64,000 nt of DNA. Origin: a bacterium (GTDB taxonomy: Bacteria > Bacteroidota > Bacteroidia > NS11-12g > UBA9320). The stretch spans positions 918 through 64,917 of the forward strand of contig JAAEYY010000005.1 in the NCBI GenBank assembly GCA_018223105.1, given 5' to 3'. Shown one piece after another: positions 28,872 through 39,504 of this stretch. Numbering within the stretch: the stretch's first letter is position 1; the number at the start of each line of letters is the position of its first letter. The position numbers were made by a program, and so were the translations under genes. The notes beneath the pieces were generated by a model. The model saw only the letters and a list, made by a program, of their open reading frames with translations, did no database searches and was not told the origin of the DNA.

Positions 28872-31214
28872 ATGAGAAACATCTGTTTATCCCTTTTTCT
28901 GACCATTTTTTGTTTCTCGGCCTTTGCTCAACAATATAGTATAAGCGGTCGTGTAAAAAACATAGAAGATGGTGAAGATTTAATAGGCGCCATTGTGAAA
29001 CTTGAGTCTGGAGGGGGTGCATATACTAATCAATATGGGTTCTATTCCATTACAGTGAGTAAAGGCCAGCACAAGGTGACGTATAGTTATTTTGGGTACC
29101 AAGATCAAACCCTCGAATTCAATGTAACAAAAGATACCGTAATTAACATTGAACTTGTGCCGGAAGCAGATGAAATAGAAGCTGTTACCGTTAGTGCCGA
29201 GAAAGAAGACAGTAAAGTTGAAAACAAAGAAATCTCTGTTGTGAAAATGGAGATGAAAGACATTAAAGAAATCCCGGTAATTTTTGGAGAGGTTGATGTC
29301 TTAAAGACCATTACTTTACTCCCCGGAATTCAAAGTGGGGGAGAAGGAAGTACCGGAATAAATGTAAGAGGTGGAGGACAGGATCAAAACTTAATTATCC
29401 TAGACGAGGCCACAGTTTATAATGCCTCCCACTTACTAGGGTTCTTTTCCGTTTTTAATGGAGATGCAATAAAAGGCCTCGAAGTTTACAAAGGAGGGAT
29501 TCCGGCGAAGTACGGAGGACGTCTTGCTTCCTTAATCGATATCAGAATGAAGGATGGCAACAGCAAACAGTTTGCCGGTGCAGGAGGAGTAGGCACTATA
29601 TCAAGTAGACTGACCCTAGAGGGTCCAATAATAAAAGATAAGTCCTCCTTCATGATTGCAGGAAGACGATCTTATGCAGACTTGTTTCTGCCATTTGCTC
29701 CTGATGAAACGGTGCAGCAAAGCACATTATATTTCTACGATTTGAATCTAAAATCAAATTATAAAATCAGTGATAATGATCGCTTGTATTTAAGTGGGTA
29801 TTTTGGAAGAGATGTTTTTGGATTAGGAAATCTTTTTGGACTAGCTTGGGGTAACGCTACAGCTACTTTGAGGTGGAACCATATTTTTAATCAGAAGCTC
29901 TTTGCAAACTTCTCATTGGTTTATAGCGACTTCGATTATGGATTCAGCATAGATTTTGACGAGAATACCAATATTGCCTTTGATCAAAACATTACAGATT
30001 ACTACGGAAAAGCAGACTTCATATATTACGCAAATACAAAAAGCACGTTTACATACGGAGGTCAGTTAATTTATCACGACTTCAATCCCGGAACATTTAC
30101 TGCTCTCGAAGATGTACAGCAATTGGATAAGCGTAAAGCATTTGAAAGTGCAATTTATATTGATCACAACTATGAAATTGATGCGAGGTTCAACATCAGA
30201 TATGGATTGAGATATTCCGCTTTTGCTAATATGGGTGGAACGCTTTATGAGTATGTAAAAGACGAGAATGGGCAGCCAATTTCGGACCTTACCCAAGAAA
30301 CAGAATACGATAACGCACAGATTAGTAATTACTTTGGTGGACTGGAGCCAAGAGCTAGTGTGAGTTATAATCTCAATACTTTGACTGCTCTGAAATCTAC
30401 TTATAACAGAACCATCCAATACATTCAACAGGCAAGCAATACTGCTTCGGCTTTTCCAACAGATCAATGGTTTTCTTCCAATAACAATGTAAAGCCTCAG
30501 ATTGCAGATCAAGTTGCTCTTGGGCTATTTAAGAACTTTAAGAAAAACTTTGAGACCTCTGTTGAAGTCTATTATAAATGGATGCAAAATCAGATAGATT
30601 ACCGAGAGGGAGCAAATCTGTTTTTTAATGATCAGCTAGATGGCGAACTTCTTTTTGGAAAAGGTTGGAGTTATGGGGCAGAGTTTTTTATCAATAAGAC
30701 TTCAGGAACTACTACCGGTTTTATTTCATATACCTGGTCAAAATCGATGAGACAAGTGGATGGTATTAATTTCAATGATCCATATCCAACGAATTTCGAC
30801 AGAAGACACAACCTCTCTGTAGTTGTAAGTCAGAAGTTGGGTACACGCTTTGTGTTGAGCGGTACATTTGTTTATAATAGCGGTAATCCATTTAGTCCTC
30901 CTGTTGGAAAATACTTCTACCAAGATGGATGGAACAATATTTACGGTTCTCGAAATAACTATCGAATTCCAGATTATCACAGAATGGATCTTGGTCTAAC
31001 ACTAAAGCCTAAGGAAAGCGAAAAAAGATTCAAAAGCAGCTGGAATCTATCTGTTTACAACGTGTATAACAGAGAAAATCCATATGCTATCTATTTCCCG
31101 GAAGCAAATGCAGAACAAGCTGAGAAATTTGGAGTTAAAGAAGGCGACACTATCGCTGTTCAAGTTGCTTTATTTAAAATTATCCCATCATTAACCTGGA
31201 ACTTTGAGTTTTAA
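28872..31214 (+). CDS. TonB-dependent outer-membrane receptor with N-terminal carboxypeptidase-regulatory-like domain
   Basis: Signal peptide, a CarbopepD_reg-like YSISGRVKNIEDGEDLIGAIV, a plug and a 22-strand barrel region, 780 aa. The C-terminal F is preceded by aromatic residues. Confidence 0.85.
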   Translation: MRNICLSLFLTIFCFSAFAQQYSISGRVKNIEDGEDLIGAIVKLESGGGAYTNQYGFYSITVSKGQHKVTYSYFGYQDQTLEFNVTKDTVINIELVPEADEIEAVTVSAEKEDSKVENKEISVVKMEMKDIKEIPVIFGEVDVLKTITLLPGIQSGGEGSTGINVRGGGQDQNLIILDEATVYNASHLLGFFSVFNGDAIKGLEVYKGGIPAKYGGRLASLIDIRMKDGNSKQFAGAGGVGTISSRLTLEGPIIKDKSSFMIAGRRSYADLFLPFAPDETVQQSTLYFYDLNLKSNYKISDNDRLYLSGYFGRDVFGLGNLFGLAWGNATATLRWNHIFNQKLFANFSLVYSDFDYGFSIDFDENTNIAFDQNITDYYGKADFIYYANTKSTFTYGGQLIYHDFNPGTFTALEDVQQLDKRKAFESAIYIDHNYEIDARFNIRYGLRYSAFANMGGTLYEYVKDENGQPISDLTQETEYDNAQISNYFGGLEPRASVSYNLNTLTALKSTYNRTIQYIQQASNTASAFPTDQWFSSNNNVKPQIADQVALGLFKNFKKNFETSVEVYYKWMQNQIDYREGANLFFNDQLDGELLFGKGWSYGAEFFINKTSGTTTGFISYTWSKSMRQVDGINFNDPYPTNFDRRHNLSVVVSQKLGTRFVLSGTFVYNSGNPFSPPVGKYFYQDGWNNIYGSRNNYRIPDYHRMDLGLTLKPKESEKRFKSSWNLSVYNVYNRENPYAIYFPEANAEQAEKFGVKEGDTIAVQVALFKIIPSLTWNFEF

Positions 31215-31215
31215 C

Positions 31216-32079
31216 ATGAAACTGAATAAAATAATATTGGTTCTTACAGCCTTCATTGCACTAACAGCGTGTGAACAGTTGGTACAAATAGACTTGCCTC
31301 AAGGTGCACAAACCATTGCAGTTGATGCGGAAATAAGTACAGATTTAAGACCTTGGAAAGTATTTATTACGAATACTCAAGCATACTACAACCAAGATAC
31401 TGTAGCAGGGGTTGAAGATGCCATTGTTGTGATTTCTGATGATGATGGTAATGTAGATACTCTGGAGCATGTTGAAAATGGCGAATACAGAACCATCAAC
31501 TCCAGACAATGTGTTCCGGGCAGAACCTATACTCTTGATATCCAGCACAATAATACATTGTTCTCTGCAAGCGAATTATGTAGGTTTCAGTACGACATAG
31601 ACACCTTTCTTTCGTTTTTTATACCGGAGACCAATGGTTTTATTCAGAAAGGATATTATGTGTTTGAAGTAGCAAATGAGTACGAACCGGATGGCGACTA
31701 TTATTTATGGAAGATCTATAGAAATGATACCATGTTAGATGGCTTTGGTCTCATTCTTGACGAAGACCAAAACAGAGAGGTCAGCTTTTTTAATTTGAAC
31801 ATCGACCCCAACGATATCGAGAAAAGCATAAGAGAAGACTCCATATCTCCTCGTCCTTTTCCGTTCAACTTTAAACTCGGAGACACTGTTGAAATTGAAC
31901 AGTTCTGCATAAATAAGAAGTATTACGAATTCCTAATTGAGCTTCAAAACCAACAAAACAGAAGTGGTACTCCTTTTGATCCTCCACCTGCAAACCCGAA
32001 AAGCAACATAAGTAATGGTGCATTTGGTTACTTCAGTGTTGTAAATATTAAAAGAGCATCAACTATTATTTTGGAGTAA
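31216..32079 (+). CDS. DUF4249-family lipoprotein, the usual partner of this class of TonB-dependent receptor
   Basis: MKLNKIILVLTAFIALTAC is a lipobox. It starts 2 nt after the receptor's stop. This receptor/DUF4249 pairing is conserved in Bacteroidetes. Confidence 0.6.
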   Translation: MKLNKIILVLTAFIALTACEQLVQIDLPQGAQTIAVDAEISTDLRPWKVFITNTQAYYNQDTVAGVEDAIVVISDDDGNVDTLEHVENGEYRTINSRQCVPGRTYTLDIQHNNTLFSASELCRFQYDIDTFLSFFIPETNGFIQKGYYVFEVANEYEPDGDYYLWKIYRNDTMLDGFGLILDEDQNREVSFFNLNIDPNDIEKSIREDSISPRPFPFNFKLGDTVEIEQFCINKKYYEFLIELQNQQNRSGTPFDPPPANPKSNISNGAFGYFSVVNIKRASTIILE

Positions 32080-33235
32080 TTAAACCGACGCTTTTCATTA
32101 TTTCAGCCTTACTTTTTTCGTATTCTTCTCCTGTTGCCGGACCTGAAAATCCGCTGTGAATTGCCTTCACCTTGTGGTCCTGATCCAAAAAGATTAAAGT
32201 AGGGAAAGAGGCTACTCTTTCTATAAAACTGAAAACTTGAGAAGCTGAATCTTTACTAGCCATACCACCATAGTACAAGCTGTAATTCAAGCCTAAGGCC
32301 TTCTTGTAGCGTACTAGCTTTTCAAATGCGCTTTCTCGGTTTTCAGATCGCTCAAACCCAACACCGATAAGTTTAACTCCTTCAGTCTGCAGCTCTGAAA
32401 CTATTTCATTCAGATATCTGCTTTCATCATAGCAATTTGGGCACCATGAACCAAAGATTTGTATAATCAGCGCCTCATTCTGAAACTGACTTAAATCAAC
32501 GTTCAAACCTGAATTAATATCGGTGACTTGGAAAGAAACAGGTGTTCCGGATATGTCAATTCTCTCCAATGCATCGGTCAATTGAAATGTGTCGTTTGGC
32601 TCAGCTGTCCAAGTTTCTGTATAATGATGACCACTGTAAAATGTACCTGTCAGCTTACCTTCCGTTCTTTGAGCGGTAAATAGAAAGGCATGAGCAAAGT
32701 CAAAAGTACTCAACCAAAGGCTGTTATTGTGAAGTTCGCCGCTTAAGTATCGGTAGTCACCGGTTTCGGTGAGGAATGTTCCAGATAACTGACTTTCGTT
32801 TTGCTCAAAAATTGCGATGGCAGGATAGGTTTCTCCATTATCTTCCTTAAAACTCACTTTCCACCGGTCTTCTATTGAGTAAGTTTTTAAGAGAGTAGGA
32901 TTGCCAGGCTTTCCTTTGAGTTTCATTTTATAGTTTCCCTTTTCCTTGTTATACCACCAACCTGATATCGCTTCACCTTCCTCTTTGAACCGTAGCAATG
33001 AGTTAAAAGCAGGGTGCTCCACTTCAACACTGTCTTTTAGAAACTTTTTAGCAAGCCGAATGGTGTCAGACCCATTTATCACCCAAAAACTATCCTTTGT
33101 AGATATGGCGTAAAACGGTAAAGTAAGCTTGCTATTGATTTCCAGAGTGCAGAGTAAAGAAGTTGAGTCTTTAGCTTTATTGCTGCAGGAAGCATGAAGA
33201 ATAATGATGGTTAAAAAGAAAAACAGCTGTTTCAC
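32066..33235 (-). CDS. TlpA/AhpC-TSA-family thiol-disulfide oxidoreductase with N-terminal DUF4369-like domain
   Basis: The C-terminal thioredoxin fold carries WCPNC. A lipoprotein-type signal (LHASCSN) is present. GTG start. Confidence 0.75.
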   Translation of the reverse strand: MKQLFFFLTIIILHASCSNKAKDSTSLLCTLEINSKLTLPFYAISTKDSFWVINGSDTIRLAKKFLKDSVEVEHPAFNSLLRFKEEGEAISGWWYNKEKGNYKMKLKGKPGNPTLLKTYSIEDRWKVSFKEDNGETYPAIAIFEQNESQLSGTFLTETGDYRYLSGELHNNSLWLSTFDFAHAFLFTAQRTEGKLTGTFYSGHHYTETWTAEPNDTFQLTDALERIDISGTPVSFQVTDINSGLNVDLSQFQNEALIIQIFGSWCPNCYDESRYLNEIVSELQTEGVKLIGVGFERSENRESAFEKLVRYKKALGLNYSLYYGGMASKDSASQVFSFIERVASFPTLIFLDQDHKVKAIHSGFSGPATGEEYEKSKAEIMKSVGLITPK

Positions 33236-33684
33236 TTGCTGCGCATTTTGTCGAGGGTGTTATTGAGCTGAATATAATCTGAATCGGAAACGTGCTTTAA
33301 CTCTTCAATCATCTGAGAGAGTGCGAGGTTTAATTCTTCTAAAGTATTCAAACCTGCTTTAGTTAACACCACTTCTGCTTGTCTTCGATCATGCTCAGAA
33401 ATGTTTCGCTCTACTAATTTTTTTGTTTTTAGTTTTTCTACCAATCGAGATGCGTTTGACATTTTGTCGATCATTCTATCGGTAATATCATTGATAGAAA
33501 CCGGCTTTGGGTGCTGTCCTTTCAATATTCTCATCACATTGTACTGCTGCATTGAAATATTATAAGGCTTGAATAATCTATTCATCTTTCCGGTGAGAAA
33601 GCTGTGTGTGAACGCAATATTCACTACGGCTTTTTCAGTCTCCGACGAAAATTTATTCTGTTTAATCTGCTCTTCGATCTTCAT
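33232..33684 (-). CDS. MarR-family transcriptional regulator
   Basis: The 150-aa winged-HTH protein (QYNVMRILKG...ISEHDRRQAEVVLT) overlaps the downstream thioredoxin-like gene by 4 nt. Confidence 0.8.
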   Translation of the reverse strand: MKIEEQIKQNKFSSETEKAVVNIAFTHSFLTGKMNRLFKPYNISMQQYNVMRILKGQHPKPVSINDITDRMIDKMSNASRLVEKLKTKKLVERNISEHDRRQAEVVLTKAGLNTLEELNLALSQMIEELKHVSDSDYIQLNNTLDKMRSK

Positions 33685-33823
33685 TTATGCCAGTATTATA
33701 CGGCTAGGCTATAATCGACAAACTTAGTTTAAAAATGTTTTTCAGCGCCTAAAAGAGGAGCTAAATCTAAAAATAAGGCCTTGCTGCCTAAACTTCTTTT
33801 AATTGCGAACGTTTTTAAATCTC

Positions 33824-35080
33824 ATGAACAGAATATTTGGACTGTTAATCTTCTTTGCTATCCTTATCGCTCTTGATTTCTATGTATTTCAAGGCTTTAA
33901 ACTATTGGTGAAAAGGTGGATTCCTGACTATAGTCAGGTTGCACATATCGTTTACTGGGCACTTCCTATCCTATTATTTGGCGCATTGATTCTTAGTAAT
34001 GTGTTTGGGAGTGATGCCGGAATAAGATCAAACTCTTCACGATGGATCGTTACTGCTATTTTTATGCTTTACCTCTTTAAGCTAGTATGGCTTTTGTTTA
34101 TAGTGATAGACGATGTAGTACGTTTTGTGCGCTTCTTATTTAATGCTTCAGATCGACCTAACGAGGATATGCTCGGTAAAATCAAAAGATCCGAATTTAT
34201 TGTGGGAACAGGAGCGCTGGTTGCAAGTACTCTGTTTGGAGGCTTGCTTTATGGAGTGGTGCGTGGAGCACATAATTACACAGTGAAGAATAGAGCTATC
34301 CGACTTAAAAACCTTCCTAAATCCTTAGAGGGTTTAAGAATCGTTCAGATTTCTGATATCCATTCAGGTAGTTTCTGGTCTAAGAATGCGGTAAGTAAGG
34401 GGGTTGAAATGATCATGGAGCAGAAAGCAGATTTAATATTTTTCACAGGAGATTTGGTGAACGACAGAGCAGAAGAGTTTGAGCCTTTCCTCGAGATGTT
34501 TTCTAAAATAGAAGCTCCCTTAGGCGTTTATTCTGTTCTTGGTAATCACGATTATGGCGACTATGCTTCTTGGCCGGATGCGAATGGAATCACCAAAGAG
34601 CAAAACTTGGAAAACCTCAAACAACACCATGCTAATGCAGGTTGGAGACTATTGATGAACGAAGAGGTTCAACTCGAGCATAAAAACGAAAAAATAAGCA
34701 TTATTGGAATTGAAAACTGGAGTTCTCACCCAAGGTTTCCTAAATATGGCAGCCTAAAAGATGCATATCAAGGTTCTGATTCCGGATTAAAACTTTTATT
34801 ATCTCACGATCCAAGCCATTGGAAAGCGGAAGTAGTTCAGGACTTTAAAGATATTGACATTACGTTTTCAGGTCACACCCACGGAATGCAGTTTGGGGTA
34901 GACTCAAAGCACTATCGCTGGAGCCCGGTAAAGTATCAGTATCCCGAATGGGCAGATTTATATCAAGAGGGTGATCAATTCCTATATGTAAACCGTGGAT
35001 TTGGATACTTGGGATATCCAGGTAGGTTAGGGTTCTATCCTGAGATTACAGTTTTTGAATTAAAAAGCGATTTAGCCTGA
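33824..35080 (+). CDS. Membrane-bound metallophosphoesterase (calcineurin-like)
   Basis: N-terminal TM helices, then DIH...GDLV...GNHDY...GHTH motifs. The ATG at 33824 is preferred over the track's TTG at 33803. Confidence 0.75.
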   Translation: MNRIFGLLIFFAILIALDFYVFQGFKLLVKRWIPDYSQVAHIVYWALPILLFGALILSNVFGSDAGIRSNSSRWIVTAIFMLYLFKLVWLLFIVIDDVVRFVRFLFNASDRPNEDMLGKIKRSEFIVGTGALVASTLFGGLLYGVVRGAHNYTVKNRAIRLKNLPKSLEGLRIVQISDIHSGSFWSKNAVSKGVEMIMEQKADLIFFTGDLVNDRAEEFEPFLEMFSKIEAPLGVYSVLGNHDYGDYASWPDANGITKEQNLENLKQHHANAGWRLLMNEEVQLEHKNEKISIIGIENWSSHPRFPKYGSLKDAYQGSDSGLKLLLSHDPSHWKAEVVQDFKDIDITFSGHTHGMQFGVDSKHYRWSPVKYQYPEWADLYQEGDQFLYVNRGFGYLGYPGRLGFYPEITVFELKSDLA

Positions 35081-35766
35081 ACAAACTCCTGAAGTAAGCC
35101 CGGGTCTTCTTCGAGCTTGTTGCCAACTACTACAATATCTGCTCCGGCCGAATAAACATTCCCGGCATCTTCTTTACTGCGAATTCCTCCACCTACGATC
35201 AATGGAACTTCAATTTCATTTTTAACTGCGGAAATAGTTTCGGAATTGGCGTGAAATAAGGCGCCGCTTCCACAGTCGAGATAAATAACCTGATTGCCTA
35301 GCATGGTGCCGGCAAGGGCAGTAGAAGCCGCAATTCCGGGTTTATCTTGTGGAATGGGAACGGTATTGCTAATGTAGGATACAGTTGTAGTTCGTCCTCC
35401 ATCAATTAGAATATAACCTGTAGATAGGATTTCTAATCCTGATGTCTTTAATTGATAAGCCGATTCTACATGCTTTCCAATAAGTAAATCGGGGTTTCTA
35501 CCACTGATTAAACTCAAAAGTAAAATGGCTTCTGCATCCGGATGTACCTGATCCGGGTTTCCCGGAAAAATAACACAAGGTTTATTTGTTTTAGATTTTA
35601 TTAGAGAAAGACAATGTGCCATATCTCCTTTTGTAACCAAACTTCCACCGACAAATAAAAAATCAACTTGAGCAAAAGAAGGATCAGAAATTAATTCATC
35701 TAATTGAGCATCAGTAGTTTTGTCTGGATCAAGTAAGATTGCAAGCATTTTGCAACCCCGACTCAT
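35035..35766 (-). CDS. Geranylgeranylglyceryl/heptaprenylglyceryl phosphate synthase family protein (PcrB/GGGPS)
   Basis: TIM-barrel prenyltransferase signature (FLFVGGS...GG...PLIVGGGIRS) in a 243-aa protein. Confidence 0.7.
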   Translation of the reverse strand: MSRGCKMLAILLDPDKTTDAQLDELISDPSFAQVDFLFVGGSLVTKGDMAHCLSLIKSKTNKPCVIFPGNPDQVHPDAEAILLLSLISGRNPDLLIGKHVESAYQLKTSGLEILSTGYILIDGGRTTTVSYISNTVPIPQDKPGIAASTALAGTMLGNQVIYLDCGSGALFHANSETISAVKNEIEVPLIVGGGIRSKEDAGNVYSAGADIVVVGNKLEEDPGLLQEFVQAKSLFNSKTVISG

Positions 35767-36056
35767 ATTATGCGTTATTTTTTCTAATATGGTGATAAGC
35801 AGTGAATTAGCGTGTAAAAATAAGAGAAATTTTCCTTGATTTAACAGATTAAAAAACGAACAATAACCTTAATTTTTTGTTATCAACATTGCAAATCTCT
35901 TAAAAATAAGTCAATTCAAAAATTTTAATGTTAAAGTGTGGAAAACGGTAATGAGTTGATGAGCATTTTAGGTTTAGTTTTGACCAAAAACTCACCTTAA
36001 TTTTTTAAGGCACTAAGAAGACTAAACCAAGAACATTAAAATTTGAATAGCAATCC

Positions 36057-39000
36057 ATGAGTCAAAAAACTAGCACAAAAAAATCAGGGTTAAAATTCTC
36101 TCGATTCTTTACTAAAGAAGGAGTAGATCCAACCGAACTGTTCGATTATGAATATCGGACTTCTGTTATTAAAAATCCGGCAGGAGATGAGGTATTTAAG
36201 ATGGAGAACGTTGAAGTTCCCAAGGAATGGTCGCAAGTGGCAACAGACATCTTAGCCCAAAAGTATTTTAGAAAAGCAGGTGTTCCTCAAGAAGATGGAA
36301 CTACCGGAAGAGAAACCTCTGTGAAACAAGTGGCTCACAGGTTAGCTCATTGTTGGAGAACCTGGGGAGAGGATCATGGATATTTTGCTACTAAGAAAGA
36401 TGCTCAGGTATTTTACGATGAATTAGTCTTCAGCATTATCGGACAATATGCTGCGCCAAATAGCCCTCAGTGGTTTAATACAGGTTTACATTCTTCATAC
36501 GGCATTACCGGAAAGCCACAGGGACATTATTACTGTGACCCTAAGACCGGCCAGGTAAAAAGATCAACATCGGCTTATGAGAGACCTCAACCACACGCTT
36601 GTTTCATTCTTTCTGTGGATGACGATCTTGTAAACGAAGGTGGTATCATGGACCTATGGGTAAGAGAAGCTAGAATCTTCAAATATGGTTCAGGGGTTGG
36701 AACAAACTTCTCTGCAATTCGTGGAGCCAGTGAAAAACTAAGTGGAGGCGGACAGTCGAGCGGCTTGATGAGTTTCCTTAAAATTGGCGATCGTGCAGCG
36801 GGAGCTATCAAATCAGGAGGAACTACGAGAAGAGCTGCTAAAATGGTGTGCCTAGACTTAGATCACCCTGAAATTATGAGCTTCATCAATTGGAAAAAGG
36901 ATGAAGAGAAAAAAGTAAAAGCATTAATCGATGCAGGCTATCCTTCAGATTATGAAGGTGAAGCATATCAAACAGTATCAGGACAAAACAGTAATAACTC
37001 AGTTCGTATTCCTAATAAATTCTTCGAAGCTTTAAAGAAAGAAGGAGAGTGGGAATTAATTGCAAGAACTTCAGGTAAACCAATTGGTTCTGTGCCTGCA
37101 CAACAAGTTTGGGATGATATCTCATTTGCAGCTTGGGCTTGCGCTGATCCGGGTGTTCAGTTCGATACAACAATCAATGAATGGCACACATGTCCTGAAG
37201 GTGGAAGAATTAACGCTTCTAACCCTTGCTCAGAGTACATGTTCTTGGATAACACTGCATGTAACCTTGCATCACTTAACTTAAGAAAGTACTTTGATGT
37301 TGAAACTTCTAAATTCGATGTTAAAGCATTAGAATATTGCTCTAGACTTTGGACTACAGTACTTGAGATTTCAGTCTTAATGGCTCAGTTCCCAAGTAAA
37401 GAAGTAGCTAAATTATCATATGAGTATAGAACTCTTGGACTAGGATATGCTAACTTAGGTTCAGTGTTAATGGTTTCAGGTATTCCTTACGACAGTGAAG
37501 AAGCAACTGCAATCTGTGGAGCGGTTACGGCAATCATGACGGGTACTGCTTATGCAACCTCTGCTGAAATGGCGAAACACTTAGGACCATTTGCACAATA
37601 CGAAAACAATAAAGAGCACATGATGCGCGTGATGAAAAATCACCGCTATGCTGCATATAACTTAGATGAATATGACGGCTTAAGTATTAAGCCGGTTGGA
37701 ATAGATCCTGCTCATTGTCCAGATTATCTTTTAGGTGCTGCTACAAGCGCTTGGGATACTGCAGTTCAGTGGGGAGAGAAATACGGGTATAGAAACGCTC
37801 AAACTACAGTTATTGCTCCTACCGGAACCATTGGTTTGGTAATGGATTGCGATACAACAGGTATTGAGCCCGACTTTGCACTTGTTAAGTTTAAAAAACT
37901 TTCAGGTGGAGGTTATTTCAAAATTGTGAATCAATCTGTACCTATCGCTCTCAAAAAACTAGGTTATTCTACTGAAGAAATTAAAGACATTGTGAATTAT
38001 GCTAAAGGGCACGCTACTTTAAAAGGTGCTCCGGGTATTAATCACGAAACATTATTGGCTAAAGGATTCAATGAAGAAGATCTAACTAAGATTGAATCTG
38101 CACTTCCATCAACTTTTGAAATTGGTTTTGTATTCAACCAGTGGACTCTTGGAGAAGATTGCCTTCAGAGATTAGGCTTTAAACCTGAACAATACAATGC
38201 CGAAAACTTTAATCTTCTTAAAGCATTAGGATATAGCAGAAAAGAAATCCATGAAGCAAATGATTTTGTTTGTGGTACGATGACCATTGAAGGTGCTCCT
38301 AAATTGAAGGACGAGCACTTACCTATTTTCGATTGCGCGAACAAGTGCGGTGAAAAAGGTACTCGATACATTCACGCTCATGGTCATATTAGAATGATGG
38401 GTGCTGCCCAGCCTTTTATCTCAGGAGCGATTTCTAAGACCATTAACCTTCCTAACGAAGCAACGGTAGACGATATCAAGTCTTGCTACCAGATGAGCTG
38501 GGAATTAGGCTTAAAAGCTAATGCGCTTTATCGCGACGGCTGTAAACTATCTCAACCATTGAGCAACAAGTCTGATAAGAAAGAGGAGGAAGAGGATGAG
38601 ATCACAGCTGTAGATAAGGTAGTAGGTGAAATTGGGAACACCAATATTGAAGAACTTACTCAAGAGCAAGTATTAGATGCGGCTCAGAAGATCTTAGATA
38701 ACTCACAGAGTACAGAATTTATGCGTCAACTATCCAGAATAGTAGAACGTAAGAGGTTACCTTGGAAACGAAGAGGATTCACACAGAAAGCTAAAGTAGG
38801 CGGACAAACGCTTTTTGTTAGAACTGGTGAATACAGCGATGGCACTTTAGGAGAGATCTTTATTGACATGCACCGTGAAGGAGCAACTTTTAGATCTTTA
38901 ATGAACTGTTTCTCTATCGCAGTTTCGATTGGATTACAATATGGTGTACCTTTAGAAGAGTATGTAAGCAAGTTCACGTTCACGAGATTTGAACCAAGTG

Positions 39001-39359
39001 GAATTGTTGAAGGTCATCCAAACATTAAGAACTCAACTTCTATTATCGACTATATCTTTAGATTGTTAGGATTTGAATATCTAAACAGAGCGGATTTAGT
39101 TCACATTAAGCCGCAACCGAAGGAAGTAGTTGAGAATAAAACTGAAGCTAAATCAGAGAGTCCTAAGTTGGTTTTAGAGTCTAAGCCGGTATCAAAACCT
39201 ACCGAGAAAGCTCAAAAAGCAGCAGGAAACCCACAACCGGTAAGCTCAGGAACAGCATCTGATGCTCTTCCATGTACCAACTGTGGAAGTTTAGCTTTAA
39301 TCAGAAACGGTACTTGCTTGTTGTGCACCAACTGTGGTACTACAACAGGCTGTAGCTAA
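36057..39359 (+). CDS. nrdJ: Adenosylcobalamin-dependent ribonucleoside-diphosphate reductase (class II) with C-terminal Zn-ribbon
   Basis: Catalytic NPCSEY...CNLAS region, a 10-stranded barrel, 1100 aa. The C-terminus is CTNCGS...CLLCTNCG. Confidence 0.9.
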   Translation: MSQKTSTKKSGLKFSRFFTKEGVDPTELFDYEYRTSVIKNPAGDEVFKMENVEVPKEWSQVATDILAQKYFRKAGVPQEDGTTGRETSVKQVAHRLAHCWRTWGEDHGYFATKKDAQVFYDELVFSIIGQYAAPNSPQWFNTGLHSSYGITGKPQGHYYCDPKTGQVKRSTSAYERPQPHACFILSVDDDLVNEGGIMDLWVREARIFKYGSGVGTNFSAIRGASEKLSGGGQSSGLMSFLKIGDRAAGAIKSGGTTRRAAKMVCLDLDHPEIMSFINWKKDEEKKVKALIDAGYPSDYEGEAYQTVSGQNSNNSVRIPNKFFEALKKEGEWELIARTSGKPIGSVPAQQVWDDISFAAWACADPGVQFDTTINEWHTCPEGGRINASNPCSEYMFLDNTACNLASLNLRKYFDVETSKFDVKALEYCSRLWTTVLEISVLMAQFPSKEVAKLSYEYRTLGLGYANLGSVLMVSGIPYDSEEATAICGAVTAIMTGTAYATSAEMAKHLGPFAQYENNKEHMMRVMKNHRYAAYNLDEYDGLSIKPVGIDPAHCPDYLLGAATSAWDTAVQWGEKYGYRNAQTTVIAPTGTIGLVMDCDTTGIEPDFALVKFKKLSGGGYFKIVNQSVPIALKKLGYSTEEIKDIVNYAKGHATLKGAPGINHETLLAKGFNEEDLTKIESALPSTFEIGFVFNQWTLGEDCLQRLGFKPEQYNAENFNLLKALGYSRKEIHEANDFVCGTMTIEGAPKLKDEHLPIFDCANKCGEKGTRYIHAHGHIRMMGAAQPFISGAISKTINLPNEATVDDIKSCYQMSWELGLKANALYRDGCKLSQPLSNKSDKKEEEEDEITAVDKVVGEIGNTNIEELTQEQVLDAAQKILDNSQSTEFMRQLSRIVERKRLPWKRRGFTQKAKVGGQTLFVRTGEYSDGTLGEIFIDMHREGATFRSLMNCFSIAVSIGLQYGVPLEEYVSKFTFTRFEPSGIVEGHPNIKNSTSIIDYIFRLLGFEYLNRADLVHIKPQPKEVVENKTEAKSESPKLVLESKPVSKPTEKAQKAAGNPQPVSSGTASDALPCTNCGSLALIRNGTCLLCTNCGTTTGCS

Positions 39360-39385
39360 TCAAAGCCTTAAATACAAGTAGAAAA

Positions 39386-39408
39386 GTCACGCTTCGGCGT
39401 GACTTTTT
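39386..39408 (+). terminator. Rho-independent terminator after nrdJ
   Basis: GTCACGC-TTCG-GCGTGAC hairpin followed by TTTTT. Confidence 0.65.
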
Positions 39409-39504
39409 CGTTTACCAACATTTTTAGATAAATGTGGATAAATTTGGGATAACTGAAATGATTGCCTATTTTTGATAATACTACTTGAACTTAACTAGCG
39501 TTTC

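Noticed and set aside
35767-36056. Expected a cobalamin riboswitch upstream of the B12-dependent nrdJ
   Set aside because: The region is uniformly AT-rich with no B12-box or GC-rich conserved helices. Riboswitch control would also be more logical on class I RNR genes than on nrdJ.
36057-39359. Possible intein in the long (1100 aa) NrdJ
   Set aside because: The catalytic NPCSEY and CNLAS regions are contiguous, and no intein block signatures (C/S…TxxH…HNF) are visible. The extra length comes from a C-terminal Zn-ribbon and internal inserts typical of Bacteroidota NrdJ.
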